Shown here: positions 55,389-64,000 of the stretch, one piece after another
How positions within the stretch are numbered: position 1 is the stretch's first letter
Layout of the letters: every line of letters starts with the position of its first letter
Assembly: GCA_012295275.1 (NCBI GenBank)
Contig: CM022672.1
Coordinates: 29,698,001-29,762,000 of the forward strand
DNA length: 64,000 nucleotides
Source: Chrysomallon squamiferum
Taxonomy: Eukaryota > Animalia > Mollusca
Direction of reading: 5' to 3'
Position numbers and translations under genes: made by a program
The notes under the pieces: generated by a model
Told to the model about the DNA's origin: nothing
The model's database searches: none
Seen by the model: the letters and a program-made list of their open reading frames with translations, nothing else

Positions 55389-57508
55389 GTTTTTCTAAAT
55401 AAATAAAACAGTAAATAAAAACATTTCCTATAGTATTGCAACACCCTTAATTAATAAGTAAATTATATAGTATTCGTAGTAATTGTAAGAACAGTATAGC
55501 CATAATCGTTAACTAATTAATTAATTACGTAACTGGTCATATTTTACAGTTTTGTCAGAAAACTTTAGACAACATCAACATCATGTGACGTCATTCAGTG
55601 GGATCATAGCAGGAGAGAAGTTTGGTAAAGTTATTTTTAATAACTATTTCATTAATATTATTTCCCGAGCTAAGAATTTGTCAAGATATTTAACACTATA
55701 ATGTTTTCGTTCTTGCTGTTGGATCTCTCTCTATTTGTCTGTGTGTCCAACTGTCTTTCTCAATTTTATTTCTGACCATTACCTTCTACAACTCTCAGTA
55801 CCGGCCCTGTCACCCTCCTCTTAGATTATTGTGAATGAGTCCCTTGTTCGAACTAACCTCATCGTGCACAGTAAACAAAAGACAAAACATAACCTCTGAC
55901 CCCCACTGAGGTACAAAATTTAATATGGAGTCACGTTTTTAGTATTTCAACTAATTCTTTTCTCTTCTTTGTTTTAACTTGCCAATTCTCTTGCTCTTTC
56001 TTCTATATTCATTATTTATTAATTTATATTTTAATTTATTTGTTTATTTCTCTTTCTCTTGACTTATTATTACTATCAAATCAATATATCACAATAATAA
56101 CTTTATTTATGTAGTGATGTATAATATTTATGTTCGTTGTTTGCACGTGTGAATGAGTCAGGGATACAATAAGTACATACTTTATATAGATATCGAAGTT
56201 GTTGTTATTGTTCTTGTTACGTTAAAACTCGTGTGTCTGTGTGTGTATGTGTATGCATATGTATGAAGGTGATTTGTATTGTAAGCTATTTTATAAAGAG
56301 AACGTCACAATATTTATTCTAAGCACAGTAAACATCATATATATCTACTTATAGGTTACGAAGTGTTAGAAAACTAAAATTAAATCGAACATGAAAAAAA
56401 AAAAAAATAAACACCACAAAATGAAGTAAATTGAAATAGACAGGACAATAAAAATTAAAATCAAATAAAATGGTTTAAAATAAAGACTTGACTAGAACAG
56501 ATATTAATAAAATACCTTAAAAAAGAATAAAATAAAATACAAATATGGATTGACAATATTTACTTTCCATTAACTTTTAGATAACTTTTATATATTCTCT
56601 CGTTGTAAAACAATATAAAATAACAACAATTAGATTCCTTAATATTATGTTTATATATATCAGTACTGCTATGATAACGGTACTTTATATCCTTTATATT
56701 GATAAGGCGAAATATGATCTCTCACTCTGTCAAACTGTTCGTAATTAGATACCATATTATTTTGCTGCAAGCAAGCATATTTGCACACAAACAAATGTCC
56801 TAACCCAAAAGTCGAATATTCTTCAATGTAAAAACCCATTAAAATGAACAGAACGGATATTTTTGCAGATGTAAAGAAAATTCAAAGATTGTAAAACAAG
56901 AAAATCCACATTACCCTCACCTGTAATTTTCACCTGTAGACGACAGAAGCACAGTTTAAGACTTGATGATCCAAACTATACATAAGAAGAACCTCAAAAA
57001 ACGTCAATCTATATTTCAGTGCGTGATTTTCTTTTCTACGGATAGCCTTCTTTGACATTTTCTCCCCACTGACTTTTCACATAGAAGATTTACGTAACTG
57101 GGGTATAAAAGGCTAAAGTGTCATTCTAAGAAAATTCTTATTTTGTTGGCACATTGTCATGTTTGTATTAAAAAGGCGAAAAACTACAAGAGCTGTTTGA
57201 ATTTACCTGTAGCTATTATGAATATCCATTACAAGCCTGTTTCTCATATATATATATATATATTGTTTCTATTTGTTATACTTAGATTACAATTTTATAC
57301 ATCAGCATTTTACACTGATTTGGTTTCATATTTTTTCTTTAGAGTCTAGCCATCTGAGTCCTGGTGTTATCATATTGTTATCGATTCTAAGTAATCCTCT
57401 GACTCATTTTCAATGATTGCAAGAAAGTCGTAGGATAGTCAACGTCGTGTCCATTAACGTAAGTCGATCTTAACATTTCAGTGTTGTAACTTTATTTCCA
57501 TTATTTAT

Positions 57509-57605
<97 letters not shown>

Positions 57606-59790
57606 ATGTTTTCTAAATAAATAAAACAGTAAATAAAAACATTTCCTATAGTATTGCAACACCCTTAATTAATAAGTAAATTATATAGTATTCGTAGTAA
57701 TTGTAAGAACAGTATAGCCATAATCGTTAACTAATTAATTAATTACGTAACTGGTCATATTTTACAGTTTTGTCAGAAAACTTTAGACAACATCAACATC
57801 ATGTGACGTCATTCAGTGGGATCATAGCAGGAGAGAAGTTTGGTAAAGTTATTTTTAATAACTATTTCATTAATATTATTTCCCGAGCTAAGAATTTGTC
57901 AAGATATTTAACACTATAATGTTTTCGTTCTTGCTGTTGGATCTCTCTCTATTTGTCTGTGTGTCCAACTGTCTTTCTCAATTTTATTTCTGACCATTAC
58001 CTTCTACAACTCTCAGTACCGGCCCTGTCACCCTCCTCTTAGATTATTGTGAATGAGTCCCTTGTTCGAACTAACCTCATCGTGCACAGTAAACAAAAAG
58101 ACAAAACATAACCTCTGACCCCACTGAGGTACAAAATTTAATATGGAGTCACGTTTTTAGTATTTCAACTAATTCTTTTCTCTTCTTTGTTTTAACTTGC
58201 CAATTCTCTTGCTCTTTCTTCTATATTCATTATTTATTAATTTATATTTTAATTTATTTGTATTTTTCTCTTTCTCTTGACTTATTATTACTATCAAATC
58301 AATATATCACAATAATAACTTTATTTATGTAGTGATGTATAATATTTATGTTCGTTGTTTGCACGTGTGAATGAGTCAGGGATACAATAAGTACATACTT
58401 TATATAGATATCGAAGTTGTTGTTATTGTTCTTGTTACGTTAAAACTCGTGTCTGTGTGTGTATGTGTATGCATGTGTATGAAGGTGATTTGTATTGTAA
58501 GCTATTTTATAAAGAGAACGTCACAATATTTATTCTAAGCACAATAAACATCATATATATCTACTTATAGGTTACGAAGTGTTAGAAAACTAAAATTAAA
58601 TCGAACATAAAAAAAAAAAAATAAACACCACAAAATGAAGTAAATTGAAATAGACAGGACAATAAAAATTAAAATCAAATAAAATGGTTTAAAATAAAGA
58701 CTTGAATAGAACAGATATTAATAAAATACCTTAAAAAAGAATAAAATAAAATACAAATATGGATTGACAATATTTACTTTCCATTAACTTTTAGATAACT
58801 TTTATATATTCTCTCTTTCTATTACAATATAAAAAATATATATATATATATTGTTTAATATTATGTTTATATATAATTATATATATCAGTACTGCTATGA
58901 TAACGGTACTTTATAACCTTTATATTGATAAGGTTAAATATGATCTCTGACTCTGTAAGTGATATTCGTAATTAGATACCAAATTATTTTGCTGCAAACA
59001 AGCATATTTGCGAGAACAAAAAATGTACTTACCCAAAAGTCGAATATTCTTCAAAGGAAAAAACCCCATTAAAATGAAGAGAACGGATATTTTTGCAGAT
59101 GTAAAGAAAATTCAAAGATTGTAAAAACAAGAAAATCCACATTACCCTCACCTGTAATTTTCACCTGTACACGACAGAAGCACAGTTTAACACTTGATGA
59201 TCCAAACTATACTTAACAAAGGGCTCAGAAAACATCAGTGTATATTTCAGTGCGTGATTTTCTTTTCTACGGATGGCCTTCTTTGACATTTTTTCCCCAC
59301 TGACTTTTCACATGGAAGATTTACGTAACTGGTGTATAAAAGGCTAAAGTGTCATTTTAAGAAAAGTTTTATTTTGTTGGCACATTGTCATGTTTGTATT
59401 AAAAGGCAAAAAACTACAAGAGCTGTTTGAATTTACCTGAAGCTATTATGAATATCCATTACAAGCCTGTTTGTCATATATGTTTTTGTTTTTTCTTCTA
59501 TTTGTTATACCTAGGTTACAATTTTGTACATCAGCATTTTACACGGATTTAGTTTCATATTGTTTCTTTCTTATCATTTTTACCCCTTTATTCTTTTTCG
59601 TAAAATGCTGGGGTTCTTGTTTAGAGTCTAGCCATGTGAGTCCTGGGGTTATCATATTGTTATCGGTTCTAAGTAATCCTCTGACGCATTTCAAATGATT
59701 GCAAGAAGTCGTAAGATAGTCAACTTCGTTTCCATTAACGTAAGGTCGATCTTAACATTTGAATGTTGTTACTTTATTTCCATTATTTAT

Positions 59791-59877
<87 letters not shown>

Positions 59878-60744
59878 ATTGTCTCTTTGGTTTTTTAAAT
59901 AAATAAAACAGTAAATAAAAACATTTGCTATAGAATTGCAACACCCTTAATTAATAAGTAAATTATATAGTATTTGTAGTAATTGTAAGAACAGTATAGC
60001 CATAATCGTTAACTAATTAATTAATTACGTAACCGGTCATATTTTACAGTTTTGTCAGAAAACTTTAGACAACATCAACATCATGTGACGTCATTCAGTG
60101 GGATCATAGCAGGAGAGAAGTTTTGTAAAGTTATTTTTTCATAACTATTTCATTAATATTATTTCTCGAGCTAAGAATTTGTCAAGACATTTAACATTAT
60201 AATGTTTTCGTTCTTGCTGTTGGATCTCTCTCTATTTGTCTGTGTTCCGACTGTCTTTCTCAATTTTATTTCTGACCATTACTTTCTACAACTTTCAGTA
60301 CCGGCCCTGTCACCCTCCTCTTAGATTATTGTGAATGAGTCCCTTGTTCGAACTGACCAGAGCGTGCAGAGTAAACAAAACAGAAAACATAACCTCTAAT
60401 CCCAATGAGGTCTAGATTTAATATAAAGTCACCTTTTTAGCCTTTCGGGTAATTCTTTTCTTTTCTTTGTTTTAACTTGCCATTTCTCTTGCTTGTACTT
60501 CTATATTGATTATTGGCCCAAAAGTCGAACATTTTTCAATGGAAAGAAACATTAAAGTGAAGAGAACTTAATTTCCCTTATTTATAACTCTTTCTCTCTC
60601 TTAACTAAAATAAATAAAGCAAAATGAAACAAAAATATGTGGTTTTATTCCTTATCCTAGTACCGACCCTGTGTCCCTCCTCTGTAATTATTGTGAATGA
60701 GTCCTTGTTCAATCTCGAGCGTGCAGAGAAGAGAAAAGACGAAA

Positions 60745-61752
60745 TTTGATTTGTAACAGTATCATTTAAAACTCGTGTCCACAGGTGTCCCACTCTGTTA
60801 TCGACATCAGTATCTAGTCACGATTTTTGACATATCAGTTACCATGTTTTGCTGTTTGTATGTAGTAATGAGAGAGAGGGTCAAAGAACATCCTTCATAT
60901 CTTTGAACAGAACATTTTATACATTGTAGCAAACAGTAATACTAATAATAATACTAATTGTACTAATACTAATAATGATGATAATAATAATAAGAAGAAG
61001 AAGGAGAAGAAGAAAGGCAACCACAACAACAACAATAAAGAAATAAAAATAACAATAACAATTATAACACCAACAGTAACAGCGACAACACCCAAACGAC
61101 AGTAATAATAACAACAACAGTAAAAGCAAAAACAGTAATAATCACGGCTTGAGGCACACTAGAGAAATAATCTGTAAGTTTAAAAAACAACAAAGTAGAG
61201 GACAGTTTGGAAACAGAAAATAATATAACATAAACCCAACCTCCATAACTAATCTAAATCAGTAAATGTTATTATTCTCAGTCGATAAAGTAAATTTATT
61301 TCCCAATCTAACACTTAATTATGATATATACAGCTACTTTATAATTTGTTTATCTACCACGTTTTGAGATGATATGATTAAATATTATCTGAGTACCGCT
61401 AGTACCTTGAAAATCATATATAATTTTTTGACAGTAATCTCACTTTTTCTTTCATTAACAAGACGAGTTACATTTATAATTTGATATATATAACTAATTT
61501 TATAAAATGACTGTCACAGTTTGCAACAATATAATTAATAGGAGACACAACAACTGGTCTGTAGGTGGTCAGTGTAAAATAATACACTTCTCCCCGCCAA
61601 AAATACATCCTGTTTAAACTTGAATACTGAACTGGCGAGTATCGTGTTTTTTAAACAGTACGAATGAAAAACGATACACATTATAATAATAACACTAATA
61701 CTAATAATAATTACAACAAAGTACTTTTTGTAAATATTATGTAGTTATAATT

Positions 61753-61849
<97 letters not shown>

Positions 61850-62965
61850 TAGATAGATAGATATGCGACCTTGTCGTGTCAGGCCGGTAGTCTACACTGC
61901 ATGTCTAGCGCGAACCTGTCAGTACCGTAGTTCTTACAATTAATGCCCTTCGTTATTAGTATCTCAAGTTTGATTTGTAACAGTATCATTTAAAACTCGT
62001 CTCTACAGATCTCCGACTGCGCTATCGAAATCAGAATCTAGTCACGATTTCTGACATATCAGTTACTATTTTTTGTTGTTTGTACGTAGTAATGAGAGAG
62101 GGGTTCAAAGATCATCCTTCATATCTGTGAAAAGAACATTTTATACATTGCAGCAAACAGTAATACTAATACTACTACTACTAATAAAAATAATGATAAT
62201 AATAATGATAGCAATAATAATAATAATAATAATAATAATAATCATAATAATAATAATAATAATTACATAGACATCAACAACAATAAAGAAATAATAAAAA
62301 CAATAATAATAATAATAACAACCGTAACAGCAACAACAGAAAAACAACAGTAATAATAACGGATTGAGGCAGCCTAGAGAAAAAATCTGTAAGTTAAAAA
62401 AAAAATAAAGTAGAGGACAGTTTGGAAATAGAAAATAATATAACATAACCCCAATCTGCGTAACTAATCTAATTCAGTAAATGTTATTATTCTCAGTCGA
62501 TAAAGTAAATTTATTTCCCAATCTAACACTTAATTATGATATATACAGCTACTTTATAATTTGTTTATCTACCACGTATTGAGATGATATGATTAAATAT
62601 TATCTGAGTACCGCTAGAACCTTGAAAATCATATATAATATTTTGTCAGTAATCTCACTTTTTCTTTCATTAAACAGAGGAGTTACATTTATAATTTGAT
62701 ACATATAACTAATTTTATAAAATGACTGTCACAATTTGCAACAATATAATTAATAGGAGACACAACAACCGGTTTGTAGGTGGTCAGTGTAAAATAATAC
62801 ACTTCTCCCCGCCAAAAATACATCCTGTTTAAACTTGAATACTGAACTGGCGAGTATCGTGTTTTTTAAACAGTACGAATGAAAAACGATACACATTATA
62901 ATAATAACACTAATACTAATAATAATTACAACAAAGTACTTTTTTGTAAATATTATGTAGTTATA

Positions 62966-63058
<93 letters not shown>

Positions 63059-63158
63059 TGTGTGTATATGCGACCTTCTCGTGTCAGGCCGGTAGTCTAC
63101 ACTGCGCATGTCTGGCGCATACATGCCAGTACCGTAGTTCTTACAATTAATGCCCTTC
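60745..63158. repeat. Two-copy tandem duplication of a ~1.2-kb unit
   Basis: tttgatttgtaacagtatcatttaaaactcgt at ~60745 and ~61969; cagtaccgtagttcttacaattaatgcccttc at ~61920 and ~63128. Confidence 0.9.
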
Positions 63159-64000
63159 ACATCTCCACCTTTTAGAAAATAACATTAAAACAAAAAAACA
63201 TAAAAATAAAAATCATTGTACTACTCTTAATTAATATTCTTGCTTTTAAATGCATTACCGATTGTAGAATAATTAGCTTATATCAAAAACATGAAGCTCT
63301 TTAAGAAATTTATGTTCAAAATGATAAAATTAACTGTTAGTATCTGAAGTTTTTTGGATATTTTCTTATACTGTGAATTCTGCTATCAATAACACTAATT
63401 TTGTTACAGTCTTGTCCTTGTTTTGGAACATTGTCATAAGGTACTTATTAATATTTGACTAGACTATTCAGAGTTGTAATAATACTGTTTGGCCACTACA
63501 AGTCTAATCATAGAGACGACTTCACAACTCGACCACTTCTAGTTGCACATATTCGTGGTTCAGAAGGTCAAGCATGTGGCCTCCTTGAATCTTGTGCTCT
63601 TCCCTGGGTTGTCAGGCAGTTGTGTTTCGTTGTCACCTTGTAGAGTTTTGCCACCAGGTGGTTTGGTCTTCATCGGCTTAAGACGAGAACGATTCCGACG
63701 GTATTCAACTGCATTAGCACTTTGCACAATGAATGGTTTGAGTGTATTCGATAATCTTTTATTTCAGCTGTAATCCAGGTAAATGATGTCGGTTGGTACA
63801 TAACAACATTTTTTCTTGGAGCAAGTTTACTCAAGTCACTTGACTTTTTTTATCATGTTGGTGATCTGGATGTTTTTGGCGATGTTCAAGCTGTTCAACA
63901 TTTGAATTATCTGACTGGAGGCGTTGAGCGGTTTGGCTGGTGCTGCTAATTTGTTGCCGATCGGAGTAGTTCGGAACGCCAACAAGACCAGATATGGATC
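63068..64000 (-). mobile_element. Ty3/Gypsy LTR retrotransposon 3' remnant (integrase C-terminus, PPT, start of 3' LTR)
   Basis: DPYLVLLAFRTTPI, VEYRRNRSRLKP and TRSGRVVK...LDL* (stop 63496). Purine tract aaaaggtggaga (63162-63173) is followed by TG at 63161. Confidence 0.8.

Overview
AT-rich, microsatellite-rich animal genomic DNA with spliceosomal introns and one 200-N gap at 22032-22231. An invertebrate, plausibly a mollusc, is inferred from gene and repeat content only. Host genes: two exons of a receptor-type protein tyrosine phosphatase (- strand, 407-1034); the 5' part of a six-exon sacsin-like gene (+, 12828 to the gap); and a galactose-3-O-sulfotransferase-like gene (-, 31045-33201) with a single +1 frameshift. 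Mobile DNA: a decayed Tx1-clade LINE, Tc1/mariner, pogo/Tigger, hAT, RTE-X-like and Gypsy remnants. Two structures stand out. (1) The Tx1 element keeps its 5' end but has lost its 3' end. It begins with exactly nt 1-19 of U2 snRNA and is joined head-to-head to the rest of U2 (nt 14 onward), which has an internal deletion between the two strands of stem IIc. This is the geometry expected from twin-primed reverse transcription of a U2-Tx1-U2 read-through RNA, with an apparent target site after U2 nt 19. (2) A ~26.5 kb array of ~2.2 kb units lies directly upstream of the sulfotransferase. It has a 3-unit higher-order structure, and each complete unit carries a candidate initiator, bZIP sites and a splice donor oriented toward the gene, so it may be an amplified promoter/first exon. 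All calls come from reading the sequence; no database searches were run.
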